DNA from: Octopus sinensis
Taxonomy: Eukaryota
DNA: 31,713 nucleotides
NCBI RefSeq assembly: GCF_006345805.1
Contig: NW_021836785.1
Location: forward strand, 1 to 31,713
Reading direction: 5' to 3'
Part shown: positions 10,450-21,532 of the stretch, piece after piece
Layout of the letters: each line of letters begins with the position of its first letter
How positions within the stretch are numbered: position 1 is the stretch's first letter
Notes under the pieces: generated by a model
Databases searched by the model: none
What the model was told of the DNA's origin: nothing
What the model saw: the letters and a program-made list of their open reading frames with translations, nothing else
Program-made: the position numbers and the translations under genes

Positions 10450-11670
10450 ATCACCACCACAACACACTACACAACACCACACAACACCATGCCACGCCAC
10501 ACTACATCACACTACAACACACGACGTCACACAACACAACACCACACAACACCATACCGCGCCACACTACATCACACTACAACACACGACGTCACACAAC
10601 AAAAAACCACTCCACGGCACACCACAACACAACATCACATCACACCACACCACATCGCACCACACTACACCAAACCACATCATACACCCACCACACCACA
10701 CCACACCACGCCAGACCAAAACATTCCATTCTACACCAAACCACATCACAATAATAGAAATGTAGATTCCTGCTTCATCGAATGTGCTGTGATGTGGGGT
10801 GATGTGATGTAGTGTGGTGTTGTGTGACGTGGTGTGGAGTGGCGTGTGGTGTCATGTGGTGTTATGTGATGTGTGTGGTGTGGTGCGGTGTGGTGTAGTG
10901 TAGAGTCGTGTGACGTAGTATGGAGTGTTGTAGTGTTGTGTGGTGTCATGCGGTGTCGTGTGACGTAGTGTTATGTGGTGTGGTGTTGTGTGATGTGGTG
11001 TGGAGCGGAGTGATGTGGTGTGATGTGGTGTGAAGTGGTGTGGTGTGGTTTGGTGTGTCGTGGTATGGTGTGATGTGGAGTGGTGTCACATGGTGTCATC
11101 TGATGTGATGTAGTGTGATGTGGTGTGATGTAGTGTACTGTGGTGGGAAGTGGTGTGATGTGATGTGGTGTGATGTAATGTAGTGAGGTGTGGTGTGGAG
11201 TGGAAAGGAGTGGTGTGGAATGGAGTGGTTTGGTGTAGTGTGGTGGGTTGGTTTGTGATGTGGTTTGGTGTAGAAAGGAATGGTTTGGTCTGATGTGGTG
11301 TGGTGTGCCGTGGAGTGGTTTTGTGTTGTGTGACGTCGTGTGTTGTAGTGTGATGTAGTGTGGCGTGGTATGGTGTTGTGTGGTGTTGTGTAGTGTGATG
11401 TGGTGTGATGTGGTGTGGTATGATGTGGCGTGATGTGGCGTGATGTGGTGTGGTGTGATATGCTGTGTGGCAACGTGTTGTGGTGTGGTGTGATGTGGTA
11501 TGGTGTGAAGTGGTTTGGTGTGGTGTGGTATTACGTGGTGTGTTGTTGTGTGTTGTGGTGTGATGTGGTGTTGTGTGGTGTTATATGGTGTGGTGTGATG
11601 TGATGTGGTGCCATGTGGTGTAGTGTGGCTTGGTGTTGTGTGGTGTGGTATGGCGTGGTGCGATTTGATG
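10450..11670. repeat. Degenerate pentanucleotide satellite (CACAC/ACATC vs GTGTG/GATGT) with polarity switch at ~10751-10787
   Basis: C-rich arm 10450-10751, ~36-bp non-repetitive core, G-rich arm 10787-11670; diagnostic variant blocks shared in inverted orientation. Confidence 0.9.
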
Positions 11671-12189
11671 TGCTGTAGTTTGATATCATTTCGCTAAATA
11701 TATGATCTCCAATTTTTCGCTCACCTCCTGAAACAGCCGCACACCTTCACTCACACTCACATGCCCACACTTGTACAATTTTTCACAGTATCACCTACAC
11801 TTACACACCGCTGACAGCTTTACCCGCACTCATCCATACTCGCACAACCTCTCTTCCGCTTACACATTCACACCCACTTTTACACTCGCATCTTTGCTCC
11901 CACACTTACACTCACACGCGCACTTGCATATGCACACACTTATATTTTCGTCCATATACACATACTACCCGCTCTCGTACAAATCATCGGAGATCTACAC
12001 ACATTTATACACTCGTACACGCGCGTGCTTACGTTTACATATCCGATAGCATCGACACGTACCATACATACCTGCTTTTTTTTTCACTCTCATATATATA
12101 CCTGCAGTTATACACACACGCGTGCGCGCACCCCCACTCGCCCATACACATGTCCACACACCCACAAGCACTCACACGCACACATGCAC

Positions 12190-12833
12190 CCATACCATAC
12201 ATACATACATACATAAAATCATACAACATACATACTACATACATACAACATGCATACGTACATACATACATATATACATACATACATACATTAATATGCA
12301 ACATGCATACATAAACATGCATTCATACCTACATACATACATACATACATGCATACATACATACATGCATGCATACATACATATATACATACATACATAC
12401 ATGCATACATACATACATACATACATACAATATACATACATAAATGCATACATACATACATACATACATACACATACATACACACATACATACATTATAC
12501 ATACATATCATTACGTACATACATACATATAAATACATACTTACATACATACATACATACATACATATATACATACATAAATACATAAATGCATACATAC
12601 ATACATAAATACATACATACATACATACACACATTACATACATATACATACCATATATACGTAAATACATACATATATACATACATAATGCATACATACA
12701 TACATACATACATACATACATACATACAACATACACACATACATACATATACATACATATATACGTACATACATACATATATACATACATACATGCATAC
12801 ATACATACATACATACATACATACATACATACA

Positions 12834-12865
<32 letters not shown>

Positions 12866-12885
12866 CATACATATATACGTACATA
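12190..12885. repeat. (CATA)n tetranucleotide array
   Basis: Direct inspection; source of the YIHT/MYVC ORFs. Confidence 0.95.
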
Positions 12886-13214
12886 CCTGGATCTATAGAT
12901 ACGTATGTATATTGGGAGATAATGAGAGAAATATTTTGTGCGTGTGTCTGTGTGAGTGTGTGCCTCTCTATATATATTCTATATATGAGTGTTTGCATAC
13001 GGCCATGTACAGGATAGTGAGTGCAGATGAGTGCATTTATGTGTGTGTATGCATTTTTCTGCATGCTTTTCTGTGTGCTTTTCTGTGCGTGTGTTTTTGT
13101 GTGTGTATGATACTTTATACGTCTTTACGCGTGCGTATGCATGCATCTCGTGTGTGTACGAATACATACATGATTGTGTATGAATATGTGTACATATGTG
13201 TGTGATTGTGTGTA

Positions 13215-13610
<396 letters not shown>

Positions 13611-13799
13611 AGGTATCTTTAGATATGTGAATAAATGAACAGATAAAAAGAGAGAGAGAGAGGGAGAGAAAGAGAGAGACGAATAGAAGATAGATAGATA
13701 TCTTTATACGTTTTCCCTTGCGAGTACATGTATTTGTGTATGTGTGTATGTACGAATACGTGCATATTTGTGTGTAATTAAGAGTGTATATATACATGC

Positions 13800-14035
13800 A
13801 TATGTATGTATGTATGTATGTATATGTTATGTATGTATGCATGTATGTATGTATGCATGTATGCATGTATGTATGTATGTACGTATGTATGTATGTATGT
13901 ATACATGTATGTATGCATGTATGTATGTATGAATGCATGTATGTATGTATGTATGTATGTATGTATGTATGTATGTATGTATGGATGTATGTATGTATGT
14001 ATGTATGTATGTATGTATGTATGGATGTATGTACG
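13800..14035. repeat. (TATG)n array
   Basis: Direct inspection. Confidence 0.95.
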
Positions 14036-14132
14036 TGTGTTGTGTGTGAATGCATGCATGTATATGTGTAGTCTGAGTACATGTTTGTATGTGTTCAAAT
14101 GCACGAGTACGTGTGCACGAATGCATACGCCA

Positions 14133-14360
14133 ATATATGTGAATATATATACGTGTATATATATTCACATATATATATGTGAATATTTATACGTGTATAT
14201 ATATGTGAATATATATACGTGTATATACATTCACATATATATATACGTGTATATATATTCACATATATATATATGTAAATATATATACGTGTATATATAT
14301 ACACACGCATATATATGTGAATATATATACGCCAATATATGTGAATATATGTGAATATAT
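14133..14360. repeat. AT-rich minisatellite built from palindromic units (gtgaatatatatac-gt-gtatatatattcac)
   Basis: Perfect 20-bp inverted arms at 14133-14152 and 14155-14174; partial units repeat to ~14360. Confidence 0.85.
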
Positions 14361-14736
14361 GTAACATGCATGCGATTGCATGCTTCTATACATGTCTGCA
14401 CGCGAGTATCTCTGTCTTACATCAACGCATGCGTACGAAAATAATCATTGAATAATACACGGGTGTATATATATATAAATTATTGCATGCATCTGTGTAT
14501 GTGCGCGTGGATGAGTGCATGGGTGTATCTATGTATGTTTGTGTGAGTATGCGTGTGTATGCGTGCATGTACGTGTGCAAACGTATATACGCGTACATTA
14601 TATGTGTGTACGCCGCATATCTCTTTAATTCATGTATGTGTATACATGTGTGCATGTGTGTACGTCTGTTTGCGTGTATCTGTGGACAAGTATGTGTGTA
14701 CGTGTCTAAAAGTATGTAGGAGTCATATATAAATGT

Positions 14737-15193
14737 ATTTGATTCTTTTCCCGCTTATTTGACTCAGTCCTTTGACTGAAGCCATGCTGGAGCACCGCTT
14801 TTGATATATCTAATATATCTCTTAGCGCATGTGTGTATATTTACTAATGCATGTGTGTATAAGCATGTGTGTGTAAGTGCGTGTATATGTGCCATAAGTG
14901 TGTGTTCTTTGTCAAACGTATGTACGACTACACGTACGAGTGTATATCTATATATATCTCTTCCTGCATGTGTGTATATAACTGTTAAAGCATGTATGTA
15001 TGTATATGCATAAGTGGCTGGATGTATGTGCTGGGGTTTGCGTGCGTATGAGGATGAATAGATACATGTACGTGCACGAATGGGTTTTTTTTGTGGTTGT
15101 GCGTATATGTTTGCACGCGTGCACACGTTTACATGCACCCGAATGTATGTGTATGTCTGCGTGCATGTGTGCGTGTCTGTGTGTGTGTCTGTC

Positions 15194-15231
<38 letters not shown>

Positions 15232-15735
15232 TGTGTGTGTCTGTGTGTGTGTGTGTGTGTGTGTATGTGTGGATGTGTGGGTGGGTGGGTGGGTCTTAGA
15301 ACTGGTTTAGATTTTTCTTTGTTCGCCGTTGTAAACATAATTATATGCATGTGATACACCTTCGCTGTGGACCTGGATGGAGGCGGCGTCAACTACGATG
15401 GTGGAGGTGGAGGTGATGGTGGCAGCGGTGATGGTGGTGGAGGTGGTGATGGTGACAGCGGTGAAGGAGGTGGCATACATACATACTTCAACAGTTATAT
15501 ACACACATGCAGGAAGAGATGTATAGATATACACTCGTACGTGTAGTCGTACATACGTTTGACAAAGAACACACACTTATGCACATATACACGCACTTAC
15601 ACACACATGCTTATATACACATGCATTAGTAAATATACACACATGCGTTAAGAGATATATTAGATATATCAAAGGCGGTGCTCCAGCATGGCCGCAGTCA
15701 AAGGACTGAGACAAATGAACGGGGAAAGAACCAAT
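14737..15735. repeat. Inverted repeat, ~260-bp arms (14737-15002 and 15474-15735), ~470-bp spacer
   Basis: The reverse complement of 15474-15735 matches 14737-15002 nearly base for base, including non-repetitive text such as gttctttgtcaaacgtatgtacgactacacgtacgagtg. Confidence 0.95.
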
Positions 15736-15739
15736 GGTG

Positions 15740-16420
15740 TCAGCGGTGGAGGTGGTGATGGTGGCAGTGTTGGAGGTGTTGATGGTGGAGGTGGTGATGG
15801 TGGAGGTGGTGAATTGGAGGTGGTGATGGTGGAAGTGTTGGAGGTGTTGATGGTGGTGGTGGTGATGGTGGAGGTGGTGATGGTGGCAGTGTTGGAGGTG
15901 GTGATGGTGGAGGTGGTGATGGTGGAGGTGGTGATGGTGGAGGTGGTGATGGTGGCAGTGTTGGAGGTGGTGGTGGTGGTGGTGGTGATGGTGGAGGTGG
16001 TGATGGTGGTGGTGGTGATGGTGGAGGTGGTGATGGTGGAGGTGGTGATGGTGGCAGTGTTGGAGGTGGTGGGGTGGTGGTGGTGATGGTGGAGGTGGTG
16101 ATGGTGGTGGTGGTGATGGTGGAGGTGGTGATGGTGGTGGTGGTGATGGTGGAGGTGGTGATGGTGGTGGTGGTGATGGTGGAGGTGGTGATGGTGGAGG
16201 TGTTGATGGTGGTGGTGGTGATGGTGGAGGTGGTGATGTGTGGTGGTGTTGGGGATGGGGGGGTGGTGATTGGTGGTGAGGTGTTTGGAGGGGTGGTGGT
16301 GATGGTGGCAGTGTTGGAGGTGTTGATGGTGGTGGTGGTGATGGTGGAGGTGGTGATGGTGGAGGTGGTGATGGTGGAGGTGGTGATGGTGGCAGTGTTG
16401 GAGGTGGTGGTGGTGGTGGT
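15740..16420. repeat. GGT/GAT VNTR, dominant 15-bp unit ggtggaggtggtgat
   Basis: Direct inspection; low-complexity G-rich sequence continues to ~17085. Confidence 0.9.
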
Positions 16421-17354
16421 GGTGGCTGGTGTCACTGCTGTTGCTGCTACTGCTGCTGCTGCCACCGCTGCTGATGTTGCTACGTTTGGTGCTTGTAAGT
16501 AGTGATGGCGGCGAGGTTAGCTGCTGGTAGTTGAGGCGGAAAAGGCTTCTCCGTGACGATTGTGACGCTGATGGAAGTGATGCTGGTTTCAGTGGCTGCA
16601 GCGGTGCAACAGTGTTGCTGCTGTTGCGGCAGTAGTGTTGCGGTGGTAGTGGTTTCGTAGTGGTTTCGGCGGCGACGGTGAAAAGTCAGTGATGGTGACG
16701 ATTGTGGCAGCGGGAGTGGCGGTAGCGGTGTTTGATGGTGGGCGGGAGCAGTAAAGCTGCTGGAGGTGCTGGGGCTTGAGATGGTAGGGGTGGTGGTTGA
16801 TGTGGGTGTTGTGATGTGTTCGGATGTCGTCGTCGCTCGTCGTGTCATCGTCAGTGTGTGTGTTTCTGGTTATGGTTCTGGCTGGTAGTGTTGTTTAGGT
16901 GTGTTGTTGTGGGTGTGGGTGTTGGTGGTAGTGGTGTGGTGTGGTGGTGTTGGTGGTTGGTGTTTGTGGTGTTGGTGGTGGTGTGTGGCTTGGTGGTGTT
17001 GTGGTGTGGTGGTGGTGGTGGTGGTGGTGGCAGTGTTGGAGGTGTAGATGGTGGTGGTGGCGGCGGCGGCGGCGGCGGCGGTGTTATTACATAATAGACA
17101 AACCGCCATTGCTATGAACCAGCAAGGATCAACAAGTGCAGTTTGCCATTTTGCAGGCCTGCAGCTCGGCGCAGCTGAGTCTGGCTCAGCTCGGCAGCTG
17201 TGCAACACGCTGCCATGTTCTGTTGCACTTCGTTGCACTTTGCACTCTTCACTGCTACTAAGTCGACATCAGATTCTGCACCAAGTGACATTGCGATGCA
17301 ACATCAACAACAACTAGCTCTCCATTACTGCAACCACTTTTTGTCGTCTGTCGT

Positions 17355-17980
17355 TTGCAACCGATTCGCGACTGGTTCGTGACTAGTTGTCGCTTGTTGC
17401 TAATGGTTGACACTGGTTGCTATTGGCCGTTATTGTTTACTAATAGCTGTCATTGTTCGCTAATTGTAGTCACTAGTTACTAATGGTCGTCAATGGTTGC
17501 TAATGCTCGTTACCAGTTGCTAACAGGTGCCGCTGATTGCTAATATTTGTCACTGGCTGCTAATGACCGCAACTGGTTGCTTATGGTCGTGATCTGCTGC
17601 TAAAGGCTGTTACTGGCTGTTAACGGTTGCCACTGGTCACTAACACTCGTCACTCCTTGATAGTGTTTGTCACAAGTTTCTAACGACTATCGCTGCTGCT
17701 AATGACCGTTTACTATTTGCTAATGACTGCTATTGGTTGCTGATGACATTTTGTTGTTTCCTAATGACTTTTACTGGTCGCAAATGGCAGTTAGTGTTTG
17801 CTAATGGTTGCCACTGGTCACTTAAATTTGTCACTTGTTGCTAATGGCTGCCACACGTTGCTAATGACCGTTTGCTGGTTGATAATATTTGCCACTAGTT
17901 GCTACTCGCAGTCATCGGTTACCGGTCACTTGCTGCTAATGCTTGTCAGTAGTTGCTAACGGTTGCTACCAGTTGCGACT
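17355..17980. repeat. Diverged 20-bp minisatellite, consensus TTGCTAATGGTTGTCACTGG, ~29 units
   Basis: Units start at 17397, 17417, 17437 and so on, in exact 20-bp register for 14 units; the first indel is at ~17695. Confidence 0.9.
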
Positions 17981-18451
17981 ATGTCTATTATGTTAAACAT
18001 ATTGTTTTGCAATACGCGTGATGATTTTGTGTAGGGCGCGTTTGTGTGTTTGTGTGTAAGGTGTGTTTCTTTGTGTGTGTGTGTGTGTAAGGTATGTTTG
18101 TATGTGTGTGTGTGTGTGTAAGGTGTGTTTGTGTGTGTGTGTGCGTGTGTAGTATTTATGTATGTGAGTGCACGTGACTTAGATACTACTCATACGAAAG
18201 TAGTATGTAGTTCCATATTAGGTATTGAAACACATGTGATTAAATTTTACAAGTTTTCTATTTTCATATGAATATATATATGCACGTATGAATGTCTGCA
18301 TGTATGTATGTCCGTATATATGTGTCCATTGTGTAAGTATTCATATATGTATGTCTATATGTATAATTGTTTGTATGCATATAAGCGTGTATGTATTTAT
18401 GTTACAATGTGTGATTGTATGTATACATGTTTGTATGTATGTGTGTATTCG

Positions 18452-18507
<56 letters not shown>

Positions 18508-18524
18508 GAAATAAGTGTATGTAT

Positions 18525-18662
18525 GTTATTTACATTTGACGGATATTTGTCCTCATCTAGTTTGTTGTTAACACAACGTTTCGGCTGATATACCTTCCAG
18601 CCTTCATCAGGTGTCTTGGGTTCTCATTCTTAAGGTATTTTTCGATGTTATTATTATTATTA

Positions 18663-18695
<33 letters not shown>

Positions 18696-18703
18696 TATTA
18701 TTA

Positions 18704-18749
<46 letters not shown>

Positions 18750-18810
18750 TGTCTCTACCTGGAATCGAACTCGGAAACTTGGGGTTAGTAGCCCGCGCTC
18801 TTAACCACAT
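18525..18810 (-). mobile_element. tRNA-headed SINE-like element with internal (AAT)n and hammerhead-containing tail
   Basis: Head gtggttaagagcgcgggctactaaccccaag...gagttcgattccagg (B box at 18761-18770 on minus), (AAT)n 18647-18747, tail with CTGATGA...GAAAC. Confidence 0.75.
18570..18615 (-). ncRNA. Minimal type-I hammerhead ribozyme motif
   Basis: Minus: gacac (stem I) CUGAUGA a GGCUG-10 nt loop-CAGCC (stem II) GAAAC GUU (palindromic stem III, NUH=GUU) gugUU (stem I'). All conserved core nucleotides present; activity untested. Confidence 0.75.
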
Positions 18811-19530
18811 GGGTGTGTGTATGTGTGTACATAAATATGTGTGTGCATGCATATGTGTGTATCTATTACCTATGTGTGTATGTCTTTTAGAAAGAAACAC
18901 GAAGAAATAAAGAGAGGGGGCATTTTTTTTAAAACTGTGGATTTAGCGATCAATCACTTTACGATTATATATATATATATTCTATATATATATTATTATA
19001 TATATATCCAATAAACGATTGTAGTGGCGGTTTTTTTGACTATTTTTAATTTTATGTATTGATTAAGTCTTTCCTTGTTACAATAGTGGTTTTGTCTCTA
19101 ATATATTTTATATATACTAGTATATATATATACCAAATAATTTACTAAGTGTCATTAATTCTATTATATCCAATGTAACTATAGTTTCAATATAAATAAC
19201 AGAATCAATGTCACAGGCGGCGATAGCAGGCCAAACATAGCATTAATAGCCGAGGGATTAAATTAATCAAGGACATTAAATTAATTATATATATATATAT
19301 ATATATAGTAAAGTTTCTTTGCCAGCATAACGTGGCAGTCCTGACTAGGATTATGTTACTACTTTTTAACCCCAGGAAAACATCTTTTCCTGCTGGTTTG
19401 TCGACACATGAACTGTGCCCTAGACATACTGTTAGCAAGGGGTCTCACTGCTGCCTTCTAGCTGTTGGCAGTACCAGCAGACCAATGGTTTCTGCGTTAT
19501 TTCTCTTCCTTGGTACTGGACAACCACCCG

Positions 19531-19570
19531 GCTTCTTTCTGTTTCCGTCTACCAAATCCACTCACAAGGC
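19531..19570 (-). mobile_element. 40-bp internal fragment of the SINE family seen at 25683-26052 and 31488
   Basis: gccttgtgagtggatttggtagacggaaacagaaagaagc on minus matches 31607-31646. Confidence 0.75.
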
Positions 19571-20050
19571 ATCTCTCTCCTATGCACTTAGTCATCGCTT
19601 CCTGTATTTCCGCTGATGTTCGCAACACTCCGTCTCTTTTGCTGAGAATAGTGGTAGGCTGTCGAAGTAGGCACTGAAATCCATCCTGCGATCCAGCACG
19701 CCTTTCGTCCCAAACATTCGGGTAAAGTTTTGCCGAAATGCCGCACACATCTGCCCGAAACTGAGTAGCATGCGTCCATTATGGACGCCAAAGACCGTGA
19801 TATTGTTGCCGTGTTGTCTCTGCCACTCGGGTCCATCGAGCGGCTTTCGCCCCTTTGTGACCTGGAGTACGTGCCTCAACTCTGACAATACAGCCCTTGT
19901 GCTTAGAGTTGAAGAATTAGTCGAGAGTCAATTTCCCAGCGAGTACGATTCTTTTCCCAATTGCTCCTTCAAAGTTTCTAAGTTCCCCCCTATTCTTTTT
20001 TTTCTACGGTTACGGCCTTACTTAAACCCAATGCAGTGTACTTACATTAT
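19571..20050 (-). pseudogene. L1/Tx1-clade ORF2 fragment (linker between endonuclease and RT)
   Basis: Across frameshifts: FNSKHKGCIVRVEARTPGHKGAKAARWTRVAE / GQMCAAFRQNFTRMFG / DFSAYFDSLPLFSAKETECCE / TSAEIQEAMTKC, resembling the Tx1-type region preceding the K(S/A)PGxDG motif. Confidence 0.6.
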
Positions 20051-20059
20051 TGATGACTG

Positions 20060-20225
20060 ACCAGCAGCCAGTGAGTTCCTCCACAGATTAGCGAGAGGGG
20101 ATCCAAGTTTGTGTAGATACACCTTCAGGACAAGAGTAGGGAACCTATCAGGGCCTACTGCTGAATTGTGTTTAAATTCGTTTATTTCCACTAAGATATC
20201 AGGGACGCCAAAAGTTATGACCGAT
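20060..20225 (-). pseudogene. CR1-like LINE RT N-terminal fragment
   Basis: Minus frame ISVITFGVPDILVEINEFKHNSAVGPDRFPTLVLKVYLHKLGSPLANLWRNSLAAG matches the CR1/L2 pattern SAxGPDxxPxxxLK...LxxPLxxLxxxSL. Confidence 0.65.
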
Positions 20226-20274
20226 ATTTATATAAATACTTTCGGTCTACTAAAGTATCTATGTTTTCACTCTG

Positions 20275-20275
20275 C

Positions 20276-20357
<82 letters not shown>
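20275..20357. repeat. (TATC)n
   Basis: Direct inspection. Confidence 0.95.
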
Positions 20358-21311
20358 GATCGAAAAACTTACCCTTTTTTCTTTCTCCCCAAAAAGAAAA
20401 GCTCTACCTTGTAATGGTGTCCCCTGTCTGTGTGCAGCCCTGTGTGGCTTATAAAGAAATATATCTATCTGTCTGTCTGTCTATCTGTATATATGTATAT
20501 ATATATTGTCTCCCTTCAATTTACAGTTTCACTGATTTCATATATTACTTATAGATACCAACAGGACGCTTTATCGATCTCACCCGAACTTTTCACCAAA
20601 GTTGTGTAATTTTTAAATATTTTTTCTCTCTCACAGAACACTTTTTTTCTTTTTAGTTTTTATCATTTATTATATCATTTTTCTCTGGCTTTTTCTTCTA
20701 TGAATTTCTACCTTTTTCTTTTACTTCCGCCTCTTTGGGATCATACCTTCTTTCCAGGTAACATAATATCACAGCTCAACCCTTTGCATGCACTCCTATC
20801 ACACCTTCCGCATTCGTCTTGCCTTTCCTTTCATCTCATACTTGCGCTCGCTCAACTCTCCTCACATTCACGCCTTCTTCAGAAACACTCAATGATTATA
20901 TTCACACACACATACACACAAACACACAAACACATGCACAATAGCACATCACACACCCCCACTGTCCTATGCCCCATGTATTTCTGCACTTGCATGCTTC
21001 TACACACATACACACACACCCCAAAAAAAAACACCCGCACCACTCCATCCGCCCAAATAAAAACTCTAAACAAGGATACACTCATATATTTACACGGACA
21101 GAAACGCCCTCTACTGTCTTTTTTACTACCTGCGCCCCTATAGGGCTACATTCCCATCTTACTCATAATCCTCCCTCCACACATTGTTTCTTCTTTCACC
21201 GATTTTTCTTCTTTCAAACAGTCCCTATGTTTTTTCTCTTAATTCTGGCAAAGGACTGACGTCCGAAACGTTGTCGTTAGGCTAATGAAGTGTTGTTAAC
21301 TTATATATATA

Positions 21312-21435
21312 ATAGGTTCCTGCTCCTTGTTTTTTCGGCTGTGTCCCTTTTCTATCCTGAGCGTTATACTAATACATCTGTTTGTTTTGTACACCACCTG
21401 TCTTCGTCTTTTGTTTTTTTTTCATAAACTCTCCC

Positions 21436-21436
<1 letters not shown>
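21312..21436 (+). mobile_element. Short interspersed repeat (Penelope-terminal-repeat-like), hammerhead-deleted copy
   Basis: Aligns in reverse to 24034-24192 except for a ~40-nt gap covering the hammerhead-like motif. Penelope assignment is inference from the hammerhead type. Confidence 0.7.
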
Positions 21437-21498
<62 letters not shown>

Positions 21499-21532
21499 TA
21501 TCTATATATATATATATATATATATATGTATA

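Noticed and set aside
15740-16465. Extensin-like SPPPP/PPPPS ORF on the minus strand
   Set aside because: Product of a 15-bp GGT/GAT VNTR; overlapping frames are equally open; no start context, signal peptide or splice evidence.
17048-17382. ORFs 17048-17317 and 17200-17382 as host exons
   Set aside because: They begin in simple repeat, show no recognisable domain and have no clear splice sites.
17355-17980. CRISPR-like array
   Set aside because: Units are contiguous 20-mers with no unique spacers, and the context is eukaryotic.
18183-18206. Hairpin atactact-8 nt-agtagtat
   Set aside because: An 8-bp AT-rich stem is expected by chance in 31 kb.
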